From positions 1,472,001-1,536,000 of the forward strand of contig OY969934.1 in the NCBI GenBank assembly GCA_963704725.1: a stretch of 64,000 nt of DNA, in the 5' to 3' direction. The notes beneath the pieces are model-generated. The model was not told the DNA's origin, ran no database searches, and saw only the letters and a program-made list of their open reading frames with translations. This DNA is from an uncultured Actinomycetes bacterium. GTDB lineage: Bacteria; Actinomycetota; UBA4738; HRBIN12. Below, piece after piece: positions 1-10,000 of this stretch (position 1 is its first letter; each line of letters opens with the position of its first letter). A program made the translations under genes and the position numbers.

Positions 1-561
1 CTCGTCGAGAAGTCGGGCTCGAACCACGTCCCGGTCGTGCGGGGCGACGCGACGCGGATGCCGATCGGCGGCGGGGCGTTCGGGGGCGCCTACCTGCGGT
101 GGGTCCTGCATCTGGTCCCGGACTGGCGCGCCGTGCTGCGCGAGGTCGTGCGCGTGGTCCGACCCGGTGGGGTGTTCCTGGTCAACCTCGGCGCCTACGG
201 TGGCGCCCGGGAGGAGCTCCAGCGCCGGTTCGCCGAGATCGCGGGGGTCTCGATCGAGCCGGTCGGCCTCACTTGGGCCGGGTTCGACGGGCTGGTCGCC
301 GAGATGACGGGCTACGGCGCCGCGCTCCGGCTCCTGCCGCAGATCCGGGAGGGCAGGAGGGGCACCCTGGCGGAGTTCCTGGACGGGATCGACGAGAACC
401 TCTACTCGTGGACCTGGCCCGTCCCCGAGGACCTCCGGAGGCGGACGGCCACCGAGGTCCGCGCCTGGGCGAGGGAGCGGTTCGGGCCGCTGGAGGAGCC
501 CGACACGTACGAGCACGCCACGTCGTGGCGGGCGTTCGACCTCCCGGGGTCCGTGCGATGA
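1..561 (+). CDS. Class I SAM-dependent methyltransferase (5' partial)
   Basis: Frame is open from base 1; VRGDATRMP (motif II-like), WVLHLVPDW and VVRPGG (motif III-like). Confidence 0.8.
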   Translation, partial: LVEKSGSNHVPVVRGDATRMPIGGGAFGGAYLRWVLHLVPDWRAVLREVVRVVRPGGVFLVNLGAYGGAREELQRRFAEIAGVSIEPVGLTWAGFDGLVAEMTGYGAALRLLPQIREGRRGTLAEFLDGIDENLYSWTWPVPEDLRRRTATEVRAWARERFGPLEEPDTYEHATSWRAFDLPGSVR

Positions 562-1448
562 GCTCCTGGGACGAGGTCGTCGACGCCGCCGAAGCGCACC
601 GTCGCTTGGCATCGGCTCCGCCTCTGGAGCTCCTTGGATCCTCGGGCCCGCCGGAATCGCCGCTGGACCGCTTCGTGTATGCCCGGGCGCTCAGCCTGCT
701 CGGTCGGGACTCCGAGGCGGCGAAGCTCCTGGGGGATCTCGCCGCCGAACACGAGGGAGACCGGTCCATCCGGTTGGCCCTGATCATGGCGGAGGCCCGC
801 GCGGGGATCCGCGACCCGATCGCGGTTGCCAACGAGGTCTGGGACCGGGCCGACGAGTATCCCGAGCCCGCGGTGGCCAGGCAGTCCGCCGCGGCGCTCG
901 CCGTCTCGAAGACCAGGCACGGCACGGCCGCGCACCGGTTCGCCCTCGACCGGCTCGGCGCATCCGTCGAGGAGACGCTCCGGACCCATCCGGACGACCT
1001 CTCCGCGCTCGCGCTTGGAGCCTTGGCTGACGGCGACCGTAGGCGCGTCGGCCCTGCTCGGGAACGGCTGGATCGGCTCCGCAACCTGGGGATGCCGCCG
1101 TGGCCCTGGGTGTGGTCGGTCGACGCGCTCGTCGCCGGCCGGGGCCACCAGGAGCGGCGCCGGGTCGCGTCGTGGCGGCGAGCCGAGGAGCTGCTCGGGC
1201 GGCGCCCGCGGTGGGTCCGCTACTGGCTGACCCGGTCCTTGTCGCTCGCCGCAGTCGTCGTCCTCGTGATCTGGTTCGCCGCGATCGCCACCGACGACCT
1301 CTTCCTCCTCGGCCTCTCGCTCGTCGCGTACGCCCCGATTCCCATAGTGAGCGCGATGGGTGGGGCACCGTGGACGCGAATGGCATGGGCCGCGGCCGGC
1401 GGCGCGTCGCTCGTCGGCGGCTTCCTCCTGTTCCGGGTCTACGGATAG
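558..1448 (+). CDS. Hypothetical helical (TPR-like) protein with C-terminal membrane segments
   Basis: ATGA overlap with the upstream stop; MSSWDEVV...; Ala/Leu-rich helices then about three hydrophobic stretches. Confidence 0.6.
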   Translation: MSSWDEVVDAAEAHRRLASAPPLELLGSSGPPESPLDRFVYARALSLLGRDSEAAKLLGDLAAEHEGDRSIRLALIMAEARAGIRDPIAVANEVWDRADEYPEPAVARQSAAALAVSKTRHGTAAHRFALDRLGASVEETLRTHPDDLSALALGALADGDRRRVGPARERLDRLRNLGMPPWPWVWSVDALVAGRGHQERRRVASWRRAEELLGRRPRWVRYWLTRSLSLAAVVVLVIWFAAIATDDLFLLGLSLVAYAPIPIVSAMGGAPWTRMAWAAAGGASLVGGFLLFRVYG

Positions 1449-1564
1449 GCCGGAGACCTCCCCTGATCGGGCGAACGGAGCGCCCTGGCCAGCGGGTATC
1501 CTTCCCGGCGAACCGCCCCGGAACGTCGGGCGGGAGCGTCCACACCGCCACACAGGAGGACCCG

Positions 1565-2491
1565 ATGCCGATCACCGAGGTCGACAAGATCTGGATGGAC
1601 GGCGAGCTCGTGGACTGGCGCGACGCCAAGATCCACGTCCTCAGCCACGCCTTGCACTACGGGAGCGGGGTCTTCGAGGGGATCCGGGCCTACGCGACGG
1701 CTCGGGGGCCCGCGGTGTGGCACCTCGACGAGCACCTCAAGCGCCTGTCGCGCTCCGCGAAGCTCTACCACATGGACCTCCCGTACTCGATGGAGGCCAT
1801 CGGCGACGCGATCAAGGAGGTCATCCGGGCCAACCGCCTCGAGGCCTGCTACGTCCGGCCGCTCGTCATGCGCGGATACGGGGAGATGGGCGTGAACCCT
1901 CTCAACGCGCCGGTGAACGTGATCATCGCCGTGTGGCCGTGGGGCGCGTACCTGGGCGAGGACGCCCTGGAGCAGGGCGTCCGCATCAAGGTCTCGTCCT
2001 GGCGTCGGAACTCCCAGAACTCGCTGCCCGCGAGCGCGAAGGCGACGGGGCAGTACATCAACGGCGTGCTGGCGAAGGTGGAGAGCCTGAAGGCCGGGTA
2101 CGACGAGGCGATCCTGCTCAACGAGTCGGGGTATCTCACCGACGGCTCCGGCGAGAACGTCTTCGTCGTTCGCGACGGCGTGCTGTCGACCCCGAGGACC
2201 CAGTCGGGCTGCCTGGACGGGATCACCCGGACCACGATCATCACGCTGGCCCGGGATCTCGGGTACGAGGTTCGCGAGGAGGACCTCGTCCGCACCGACC
2301 TCTACCACGCCGACGAGGCGTTCTTCTCGGGGACCGCCGCCGAGATCACGCCGATCCGCGAGGTGGACGACCGGGTCGTGGGCGAGGGCCATCGCGGACC
2401 GATCACCAAGGAGCTCCAGGGCGCGTTCTTCTCGGCCACCAAGGGCGAGATCGAGCGCTACGCCGCCTGGCTCACCTACGTGAACGACTGA
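1565..2491 (+). CDS. ilvE: Branched-chain amino acid aminotransferase
   Basis: AGGAGGA RBS; HALHYGSGVFEGIRAY, AKATGQY (PLP Lys), DGSGENVF, LDGITR, SGTAAEITP. Confidence 0.95.
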   Translation: MPITEVDKIWMDGELVDWRDAKIHVLSHALHYGSGVFEGIRAYATARGPAVWHLDEHLKRLSRSAKLYHMDLPYSMEAIGDAIKEVIRANRLEACYVRPLVMRGYGEMGVNPLNAPVNVIIAVWPWGAYLGEDALEQGVRIKVSSWRRNSQNSLPASAKATGQYINGVLAKVESLKAGYDEAILLNESGYLTDGSGENVFVVRDGVLSTPRTQSGCLDGITRTTIITLARDLGYEVREEDLVRTDLYHADEAFFSGTAAEITPIREVDDRVVGEGHRGPITKELQGAFFSATKGEIERYAAWLTYVND

Positions 2492-2493
2492 AC

Positions 2494-5031
2494 GTGACCG
2501 AAGAGGCTCGCTACCGCCTGCCCCGCTCGGTCGTCCCGCGCCGGTACGACCTCGTGCTCGAGCCGGACCTCGACGCCGCGACGTTCTCCGGCAGCGAGGA
2601 CGTCGAGGTCGAGGTTCGCGAGCGTGTGAGCGAGATCGTCCTCAACGCCGACGAGCTCTCGATCTCCTCGGGGTGGCTCGAGCGTGACGGAACACGCATC
2701 CCCGTGGTCGAGGTCCGGGTCGACGCGGAGGCCGAGCGTGCCCACGTGCGTCTGGACGACGAGGCCGAGCCCGGGGAGTGGGTGCTGCATCTCGAATTCG
2801 CGGGCGGGCTCTCCGATCGTATGCGGGGCTTCTACCGATCCACGTACGAGGAGAACGGCGGGACACGGACCCTGGCCACCACGCAGTTCGAGTCCACGGA
2901 CGCGCGGCGGGCGTTCCCCTGCTGGGACGAGCCGGACCTCAAGGCGGTGTTCGGCGTCACGCTCGTGGTCCGGGACGGGCATCTGGCCGTCTCGAACGGG
3001 CCGGAGGTCGAGCGGCGGACCGAGATCGACGGCCGCGTCCGGATCCGGTTCGCCGACACGATGCCGATGTCGACGTACCTGGCGGCGTTCGTGGTGGGAC
3101 CGATGGAGGCCACCGAGCCGATCGACGTCGACGGCGTCCCGCTCCGCATCGTCCACCAGCCGGGCAAGGGCCATCTCACGGCGTACGGGCTCGAGGTCGG
3201 CGCGTTCTGCTTGCGATTCTTCGCGGACTACTACGGCATCCCGTATCCGGACGCCAAGGTGGACATGATCGCGCTCCCGGACTTCGCGCAGGGCGCGATG
3301 GAGAACCTCGGCTGCATCACGTTCCGCGAGAACCTCCTGCTCGTCGAGCCCGACAAGGCCACGCAGCCCGAGCTCGCGGCGGTGGCGGAGGTGATCGCGC
3401 ACGAGCTCGCGCACATGTGGTTCGGCGACCTCGTGACGATGCGGTGGTGGAACGGCACCTGGCTCAACGAGGCCTTCGCCACATTCATGGAGATCGTCTC
3501 GGTGGACGCGTTCCGCCCGGCGTGGGAGCGGTGGACGCAGTTCCTGCGGACCCGGTCCCAGGCGTTCGAGGTGGACGCACTGCACAGCACGCGGTCGATC
3601 GAGTACCCGGTCGCGTCGCCCGACGACGCCGCCGGCATGTTCGACACGCTCACCTACACCAAGGGCGCCGCCGTCCTGCGCATGCTCGAGCAGTACCTCG
3701 GGCCCGAGCGCTTCCGCGACGGGATCCGCAAGTACCTCGCCGACCACCGGTTCGGCAACACGGAGACGCACGACCTGTGGGAGGCGATCGAGGCCGCCAC
3801 GGGCGAACCGGTTCGCCGGATCATGGACGGCTGGATCTGGCAGGGCGGCTACCCCATGATCACCGCCGGTCTCGAGGACGGAGGCGTCCGGCTGTCACAG
3901 CGCAGGTTCCTGCTCTCGGGCGAGAACGGCGACGGCCTGTGGGACGTGCCGCTGCTGGTTCGCGCCGGCGGCCAGACCCGACCGGTCCTGATCGAGCCCG
4001 AGGGCGTCACGATCCCGCTGCCGGCCGACGGCGCGATCGTCGTGAACGCCGGCGCGCATGCGTTCGTACGGGTCCGGTACGACGAGACCCTGCTCGCGCG
4101 CATCTCGGGGTCGCTCGGATCGCTCTCCACACCGGAGCGCACCCAGCTCGTCGACGACACGTGGGCGGCGGTCGTCTCCGGCCACTCGTCGGCGGCGGAG
4201 TTCTGCGACTTCGCCGGCGCGTTCCCCGGCGAGACGGAGCTCACGGTGTGGTCGGCGCTGCTGCAGGGGATCGGATGGTGCGAGCGGTTCCTCGACGGCG
4301 CGCCCCGCGAGCACTGCCGGGCGTGGATCCGGGAGCTCGTCGGCCCGGCGCTCGATCGGATCGGGTGGGAGCCCGCGCAGGACGAGGCGGACCTCCGGCG
4401 ATCCCTGCGGGGCGTCCTGCTCTCGGCCCTGGCGGTGCTCGGCGCGGAGCCGAACGCCCAGGCCCTGGCCCGCGAGATCGAGCTCGAGGCGCGGTCGGGC
4501 GGGGCGACGGATCCGTCCCTCGCGTCCGCCTCGATCGGGATCGTCGCGGCAGGCGGCGGGCCGCAGGAGTACGAGGCGTTCCTGGAGGCTCGCGAGAGCG
4601 CGCCCACCCCGCAGGAGAAGCTGCGCTACCTGTACGCGCTCCCGGACTTCCGCGACGCGGTGCTGATCGACCGGACGATCGCTCTCGGTCTCACCAAGGA
4701 GGTCCGCCCGCAGAACGCGCCGGGGCTGTATGCGCGTTCGATCGCCAACCGGGACCAGGGCGAGCGGGCCTGGCGATTCGTCAAGGAGCACTGGGACCGG
4801 ATCGTGGCGCGTGTCGCGCCCTCGACGGTCGTGTTCCTGGCCGACGGCGTCCGCTACCTCACCACCCCGGAGCTGGTCGAGGACGCCGAGGCCTTCTTCG
4901 CGGAGCACCCCATCCCGCAGTCCGCGCTCCAGCTGCGGCAGATCCTGGAGCGGCAGCGGGCGATCGCCGACCTGCGGAGGCGCGCCGTCCCCGACCTCCA
5001 GACGTTCTTCAGCGCTCCGAGCCCTCGCTAG
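2494..5031 (+). CDS. M1 family zinc aminopeptidase with ERAP1-like C-terminal domain
   Basis: GTG just after the ilvE stop; ARRAFPCWDEP, GAMEN, HELAH..WLNE, YTKGA. Confidence 0.93.
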   Translation: MTEEARYRLPRSVVPRRYDLVLEPDLDAATFSGSEDVEVEVRERVSEIVLNADELSISSGWLERDGTRIPVVEVRVDAEAERAHVRLDDEAEPGEWVLHLEFAGGLSDRMRGFYRSTYEENGGTRTLATTQFESTDARRAFPCWDEPDLKAVFGVTLVVRDGHLAVSNGPEVERRTEIDGRVRIRFADTMPMSTYLAAFVVGPMEATEPIDVDGVPLRIVHQPGKGHLTAYGLEVGAFCLRFFADYYGIPYPDAKVDMIALPDFAQGAMENLGCITFRENLLLVEPDKATQPELAAVAEVIAHELAHMWFGDLVTMRWWNGTWLNEAFATFMEIVSVDAFRPAWERWTQFLRTRSQAFEVDALHSTRSIEYPVASPDDAAGMFDTLTYTKGAAVLRMLEQYLGPERFRDGIRKYLADHRFGNTETHDLWEAIEAATGEPVRRIMDGWIWQGGYPMITAGLEDGGVRLSQRRFLLSGENGDGLWDVPLLVRAGGQTRPVLIEPEGVTIPLPADGAIVVNAGAHAFVRVRYDETLLARISGSLGSLSTPERTQLVDDTWAAVVSGHSSAAEFCDFAGAFPGETELTVWSALLQGIGWCERFLDGAPREHCRAWIRELVGPALDRIGWEPAQDEADLRRSLRGVLLSALAVLGAEPNAQALAREIELEARSGGATDPSLASASIGIVAAGGGPQEYEAFLEARESAPTPQEKLRYLYALPDFRDAVLIDRTIALGLTKEVRPQNAPGLYARSIANRDQGERAWRFVKEHWDRIVARVAPSTVVFLADGVRYLTTPELVEDAEAFFAEHPIPQSALQLRQILERQRAIADLRRRAVPDLQTFFSAPSPR

Positions 5032-5998
5032 GCTCGGACAGCCACGCCGGGTCCGCGTTCGCGCCGCACACGAGGACGACGACCTGCTCCTCAGGATCGG
5101 GCCGGTAACGGCCGGAGAGCAGCGCCGCGAGCGAGGCGGCGCCGCCGGGCTCGGCCACCAGCCGCAGGTCCTCCCAGAGCCGGCGCTGGGCATCGCGGAT
5201 CGCGTCGTCGGTCACGAGCACGACGTGCTCGACGAACCGGGAGGCCACCGCGAAGGCGATCCCGCCGGCCTGCCGCGACCCCAGGGAGTCCGCCGCGTAC
5301 CCGCCGACGTCCACCGGCACCGGCCTCCCGACGCGGAGCGCCTCGGACATCGTGGGGCAGGCGTCCGGCTCGACCCCCACGACGCGGACCCGGCCCTCGA
5401 ACCAGGCGGCGACGCCGCCGATCAGCCCGCCGCCGCCGATCGCCACGAGCACGGTGTCGGCGTCGGGGGCCTGCTCGGACAGCTCCGCGCCGACCGTGCC
5501 CTGACCGGCGACGACCTCGGGCTGGTCGAACGCGTGCATCACGAGGGCCCCGGTCTCGGAAGCGCGGGTGGCGCTCGCGGCGAGGGCCTCGTCGTAGTAG
5601 CCGGGGATCACCCGGACGTCGGCGCCGAGGGAGGCGATCCGCTGCGCCTTGATGGCCGGGGAGGTCTCGGGGACGAAGACCTCGGCGCGGTGGCCGAGCT
5701 CGCGGGCCGCGTAGGCCACCGCCAGCCCGAAGTTGCCGCCGGACGCCGCGATCACGCCGGACGCCGGGACCTCGGCCGAGAGCATCTTGTTGAACGCGCC
5801 CCGCGGCTTGAACGACCCCGTGTGCTGGAGCAGCTCGAGCTTGAGGGTGAGCCGACCCGGAACGCCGAACGCGCCGGGCTCCAGGGCCAGCACCGGCGTC
5901 CTGCGGACCCGATCGCCGATCCGCGCCCGGGCGGCCTCGACGTCGGCGGGCCCCACCGGCACCGGTTCGCTCGAGCGCGTCGCTTCCACGGGGTCCAT
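5009..5998 (-). CDS. Serine/threonine dehydratase family PLP enzyme without a regulatory domain
   Basis: LKLELLQHTGSFKPRG, ASGGNFG, IGGGGL, LVAEPGGAA, VCGAN. Confidence 0.88.
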   Translation of the reverse strand: MDPVEATRSSEPVPVGPADVEAARARIGDRVRRTPVLALEPGAFGVPGRLTLKLELLQHTGSFKPRGAFNKMLSAEVPASGVIAASGGNFGLAVAYAARELGHRAEVFVPETSPAIKAQRIASLGADVRVIPGYYDEALAASATRASETGALVMHAFDQPEVVAGQGTVGAELSEQAPDADTVLVAIGGGGLIGGVAAWFEGRVRVVGVEPDACPTMSEALRVGRPVPVDVGGYAADSLGSRQAGGIAFAVASRFVEHVVLVTDDAIRDAQRRLWEDLRLVAEPGGAASLAALLSGRYRPDPEEQVVVLVCGANADPAWLSEPSEGSER

Positions 5999-6032
5999 GG
6001 TGGCAGACGCGCGCCGGAGCCCTTGCGTGCGC

Positions 6033-6062
6033 TTGACAGGCGTTCGAGGGCCGCCATACCGT
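6033..6062 (+). promoter_or_regulatory. Sigma70-type promoter of the ALDH-dioxygenase operon
   Basis: TTGACA (6033-6038), 18-nt spacer, TACCGT (6057-6062), 10 nt before ATG 6073. Confidence 0.6.
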
Positions 6063-6072
6063 TCGGGCCCGA

Positions 6073-7566
6073 ATGACCGCCGTGATCGAGGGCGTCGAGG
6101 TCTCGACCGATCACTGGATCGGCGGAGAGGCCGTCGCGTCGGCTCGGGCCTTCGAGGACGTCTCGCCCATCGACGAGATCGTGATCGCGGAGGTCGCTCG
6201 TGGCGGCGCCGAGGAGGCCGGCCGCGCCGTCGAGGCGGCCCGCGCCGGCGCCGAGGTCTGGGGGCGGACCACGCCGAAGGAGCGCGCCGAGGTCCTGCAC
6301 CGGCTCGCCGACCTCATCGAGGAGCACGTTCCACAGCTCGCGGCCGTCGAGACGCGGGACAACGGCTCGCTCCTGCGGTCGATGCGGGGCTCGGTGATGC
6401 CGCGCGTCGCCCGGAACTTCCGGTTCTTCGCCGACCAGCTCACCGAGCTCGGCGAGTCGTTCGAGATGAACGGGTTCCAGAGCCGGACGGAGTGGGATCC
6501 CTCCGGCGTGACGGCGGTGATCACGCCGTGGAACGCGCCCCTCATGCTCGCGACGTGGCGGGTCGCGCCGGCCCTGGCCGCCGGGAACGCCGTGATCCTC
6601 AAGCCCCCGGAGTGGGCGCCGCTGACGGCGTCGATGCTGGCCGCCCTGGCCCGTGAGGCCGGGGTCCCCGACGGCGCCTACAACGTGGTCCAAGGGATCG
6701 GGGAGGAGGCGGGCGCCGCGCTCACCGCGCACCCCGGCGTCGACCGCATCGCGTTCACCGGGTCGATCGAGACCGGGAGGCTCGTGGCGCAGGCCGCCGC
6801 GGCGAACCTGACGCCGGTCTCGCTCGAGCTCGGCGGCAAGTCGCCGTTCGTGGCGTTCGCCGACGCCGATCTCGACGCCGTGGTGAGGCAGGCCGTGAAC
6901 CAGTTCGACAACGCGGGGCAGGTGTGCCTGGCCGGCACGCGCCTGATCGTCGAACGGTCGCTGCACGACGCGTTCCTCGAGCGGTTCCTGGACGCCGCGC
7001 GCGCGATCCGCCAGGGCGATCCCCGGCAGGACGAGACGGACCTCGGCCCGCAGATCACCCGGGAGCACTTCGAGCGGGTCGACGGGTTCGTCCGTCGCGC
7101 CGTGGCCGCGGGGGCCAGGCCGATCCTCGGGGGCGGCCCGAACGACGACCTCGGCGGCCTGTACTACCGGCCCACGCTGTTCGGGGACGTGCCCGCGGGG
7201 GCCGAGGTCCTGCGCAGGGAGGTCTTCGGCCCCGTCCTCACGATCCAGACGTTCGAGGGGGAGGACCAAGCCGTCGCGCTCGCCAACGAGACCGAGTACG
7301 GCCTGGCCGCGATCGTGTACACGGGCGACCGGGCCCGCGCCGAGCGCATGGCCTCGCGCCTCGTCGCCGGGACGGTGTGGGTGAACTGCTTCTTCGTCCG
7401 GGACCTCCGCGCGCCGTTCGGCGGTGCCCGATCCTCGGGCGTGGGGCGCGAGGGCGGCGTCTACAGCTTCGACTTCTACGCGGACGTGAAGAACGTCTGC
7501 TCGGCTCCCTGGGAGGAGGCCTCGAGCAGCGCCGCGGTAGGCCAACGAGGAGGGATCGATGGGTGA
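6073..7566 (+). CDS. hpaE: Aldehyde dehydrogenase, HpaE-like (5-carboxymethyl-2-hydroxymuconate semialdehyde dehydrogenase)
   Basis: ITPWNAP, KPPEWAPLT, FTGS, LELGGKSP, GQVCLAG, EVFGP, FVRDLRAPFGG; adjacent to an HpaD-like gene. Confidence 0.7.
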   Translation: MTAVIEGVEVSTDHWIGGEAVASARAFEDVSPIDEIVIAEVARGGAEEAGRAVEAARAGAEVWGRTTPKERAEVLHRLADLIEEHVPQLAAVETRDNGSLLRSMRGSVMPRVARNFRFFADQLTELGESFEMNGFQSRTEWDPSGVTAVITPWNAPLMLATWRVAPALAAGNAVILKPPEWAPLTASMLAALAREAGVPDGAYNVVQGIGEEAGAALTAHPGVDRIAFTGSIETGRLVAQAAAANLTPVSLELGGKSPFVAFADADLDAVVRQAVNQFDNAGQVCLAGTRLIVERSLHDAFLERFLDAARAIRQGDPRQDETDLGPQITREHFERVDGFVRRAVAAGARPILGGGPNDDLGGLYYRPTLFGDVPAGAEVLRREVFGPVLTIQTFEGEDQAVALANETEYGLAAIVYTGDRARAERMASRLVAGTVWVNCFFVRDLRAPFGGARSSGVGREGGVYSFDFYADVKNVCSAPWEEASSSAAVGQRGGIDG

Positions 7567-8443
7567 GGTGGTGGGCGCCGCGCTCGTGGCGCACGTTCCA
7601 ACGATCATGCTGCCGGAGGAGGTCCGGCTCGAGATCAACGAGGGCAAGGAGATCACGCTCGTCCCCGGGCTGCACCGGATGAAGGCCGAGTGCCTCGACC
7701 GTCTGAAGCCGGACACCGTCGTCCTCTTCGACACGCACTGGGAGTCGACGTTCGAGCACATCGTGACGTCGCACGAACGCCGGCAGGGGAAGTTCACGAG
7801 CCACGAGCTGCCGCGGGGCATGAGCGCGATCCCCTACGACCTGCCGGGCGACCCCGAGCTCGCGAAGCTGATCGCCGCGCAGGCCGAGGGGCGGGACGAC
7901 TGCTGGATCCTGGCGTGCGACGACCCCTACCTGCCGATCTTCTACGGCACCGTCAACATCTGGACGTTCCTCGGCGATCCGCAGACGCGCTGGGTCAGCG
8001 TGGCGATCAATCAGACGTGCAACACGGAGGACTTCCTGCTGTTCGGGGAGCTGATCGGCAGGGCCATCGCCGAGAGCGACCGCCGCGTGGTGCTGCTCGC
8101 GTCCGGCGGCATGACGCATCGCTTCTTCAACTTCAAGGAGCTCCGGCGCCGCGAGAGCCAGCGCGCGCCGGACAACATCTACGACCCTGCCTACTACGAG
8201 GCCGACATGCGCGTCCTCGACATGCTCCGACGGGGGGACCACGCGGGCGTCATCGACAACATGCCCGAGTACCGCAAGGCGTACCCGGAGGGGCACTTCG
8301 GCCACTACCTGATGCTGGCGTCGGCGCTGGGCGGCCGTGCCTGCACGGGGCGGGGCGAGCTCTTCAGCGAGTACGAGGCATCGGTGGGCACCGGGCAGGT
8401 CCACGTGTGGTTCGAGCGGCCGGAAGGAGGTTGGATGGCCTGA
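7559..8443 (+). CDS. hpaD: LigB-family extradiol ring-cleavage dioxygenase, HpaD-like (homoprotocatechuate 2,3-dioxygenase)
   Basis: AHVP, FDTHW, YGT, ASGGMTHRF and GTGQVHVWF follow the E. coli-type HpaD pattern. Confidence 0.72.
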   Translation: MGEVVGAALVAHVPTIMLPEEVRLEINEGKEITLVPGLHRMKAECLDRLKPDTVVLFDTHWESTFEHIVTSHERRQGKFTSHELPRGMSAIPYDLPGDPELAKLIAAQAEGRDDCWILACDDPYLPIFYGTVNIWTFLGDPQTRWVSVAINQTCNTEDFLLFGELIGRAIAESDRRVVLLASGGMTHRFFNFKELRRRESQRAPDNIYDPAYYEADMRVLDMLRRGDHAGVIDNMPEYRKAYPEGHFGHYLMLASALGGRACTGRGELFSEYEASVGTGQVHVWFERPEGGWMA

Positions 8444-8501
8444 CGCGCAATGGGTTCGTCGGGATAGCGTTCGCGCATCGTTCACGACGAAGGGGGCGGT
8501 C

Positions 8502-9992
8502 GTGGGAGACAACGTGCCCGTCGCGGAGAACCGGCCCGTGACGGAGGAGTACGAACGGCTCGGCGGCAAGAAGCTGAAGCTCGTCGACGTCCTCGCGCAG
8601 TCGGTCGGCTTCATGGGCCCGGTGTTCAGCGCGGCGTTCATCATCCCGCTGATCATCGGGGTCAACGCGGCGGCCCGCGGGGCCGGAACCTCGGCGCCGT
8701 TCGCCGTGCTCTTGGCCGGGATCGGGGTGTTCGCGCTCGGGTGGATCGTCGCCCAGTACGCGAAGCGGATCCATGCGGCCGGGTCGCTCTACGACTACGT
8801 GTCGAACGGGCTCGGCTCGACGATGGGAGCCGCCTCGGGATGGCTGTACTACGGAGGGACGATCATCCTGACGACCGGCCTGGGCGTCTTGCTCGGCGGG
8901 TACGTGAAGGACAGCCTGCTGCCGACGCTCGAGATCGATCTCGATCTGCCCATCTGGCTGTGGGACTCGATCTTCGCGGTGGGCCTGTTCGTCGTGCTGT
9001 ACCTTGGAGTGCAGATCTCGACCCGCGTCCAGCTCACGCTGGCCCTGATCTCGATCGCGGTCGTGTTGATCTTCTTCATCCGCGTCATCTCGGATCTCGG
9101 GAGCAGCAACGACTTCGCGAAGGCGTTCGACCCGACGCCGAGCCCGGGCGGCTTCAGCGGGATCCTGTTCGGCGTGCTGTACGGGGTGCTGATCTTCGTG
9201 GGGTTCGAAACCGCGGCCAACCTCGCCGAGGAGACGGCAGATCCCAAGCGATCGATCCCCCGGGCCGTCCTCGGCGCCGTGGTCCTCGTGTCCGTCTTCT
9301 ACCTCATCGCGTCCTACGCCGAGGTCGCCGGGTTCGGGTTCGACCTCGGCGTGATCACGAGCCCCGAGGTCTCCGGCGCGCCGCTGTTCGCGCTCGGGGC
9401 GCCGGGCAGCCCGTCCGGCTCGGACTTCTGGCTGAAGCTCCTCCTCGTCGTCGTGTTCCTCGACATGCTGGCCGTGTACGTCGGCGCGGCCGTGGCCTCC
9501 TCGCGAGGGACCTTCGCCATGGCGCGCGACCGCCGGCTGCCGGCGCCGCTCGCCTCGGTCTCGCGGCGGTTCGGGACGCCGACGGGCGCGATCGCGCTCC
9601 TGATCGCGGTGCAGGCGTTGCTGATCGTGGCCAGCGAGGCCTGGGACGGACTGTTCGCGCTGCCGGGCTTCCCGCACTACTTCGCTCTGTTCGCGTGGTG
9701 CGCGACCTTCGGCGGCTTCGCCCTGCTCGTCGTGTACTTCCTGATGTCGGTCGGTGGGCTCCGGGGGCTCCGGGACCATGGGAGCTACGGGAGCCTCGTG
9801 GTGGCCTCGATCCTGGGCATCGTGATGACCGGCGCGGCCATCTTCGGCTCCTTCTACAAGGTGCCGAGTCCCACGATCCTGGCGCCGGAGTACGCGTTGG
9901 GGTGGCTGGTCCTGGGGCTCGTCTACATGGTCGCCGTGAAGGGCCGGGAGCCGGCGAGCCAGGCCCTCGAGGAGCTCCACTCCTCGACCTGA
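8502..9992 (+). CDS. APC family amino acid/amine permease
   Basis: About 12 hydrophobic segments; AGSLYDYV, FVGFETAANLAEE, FAMARDRRLP. Confidence 0.9.
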   Translation: MGDNVPVAENRPVTEEYERLGGKKLKLVDVLAQSVGFMGPVFSAAFIIPLIIGVNAAARGAGTSAPFAVLLAGIGVFALGWIVAQYAKRIHAAGSLYDYVSNGLGSTMGAASGWLYYGGTIILTTGLGVLLGGYVKDSLLPTLEIDLDLPIWLWDSIFAVGLFVVLYLGVQISTRVQLTLALISIAVVLIFFIRVISDLGSSNDFAKAFDPTPSPGGFSGILFGVLYGVLIFVGFETAANLAEETADPKRSIPRAVLGAVVLVSVFYLIASYAEVAGFGFDLGVITSPEVSGAPLFALGAPGSPSGSDFWLKLLLVVVFLDMLAVYVGAAVASSRGTFAMARDRRLPAPLASVSRRFGTPTGAIALLIAVQALLIVASEAWDGLFALPGFPHYFALFAWCATFGGFALLVVYFLMSVGGLRGLRDHGSYGSLVVASILGIVMTGAAIFGSFYKVPSPTILAPEYALGWLVLGLVYMVAVKGREPASQALEELHSST

Positions 9993-10000
9993 CGGCGCGG

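Noticed and set aside
5009-5031. 23-bp convergent overlap of the aminopeptidase and dehydratase 3' ends
   Set aside because: Short tail-to-tail overlaps are common in compact high-GC genomes; nothing points to a regulatory role.
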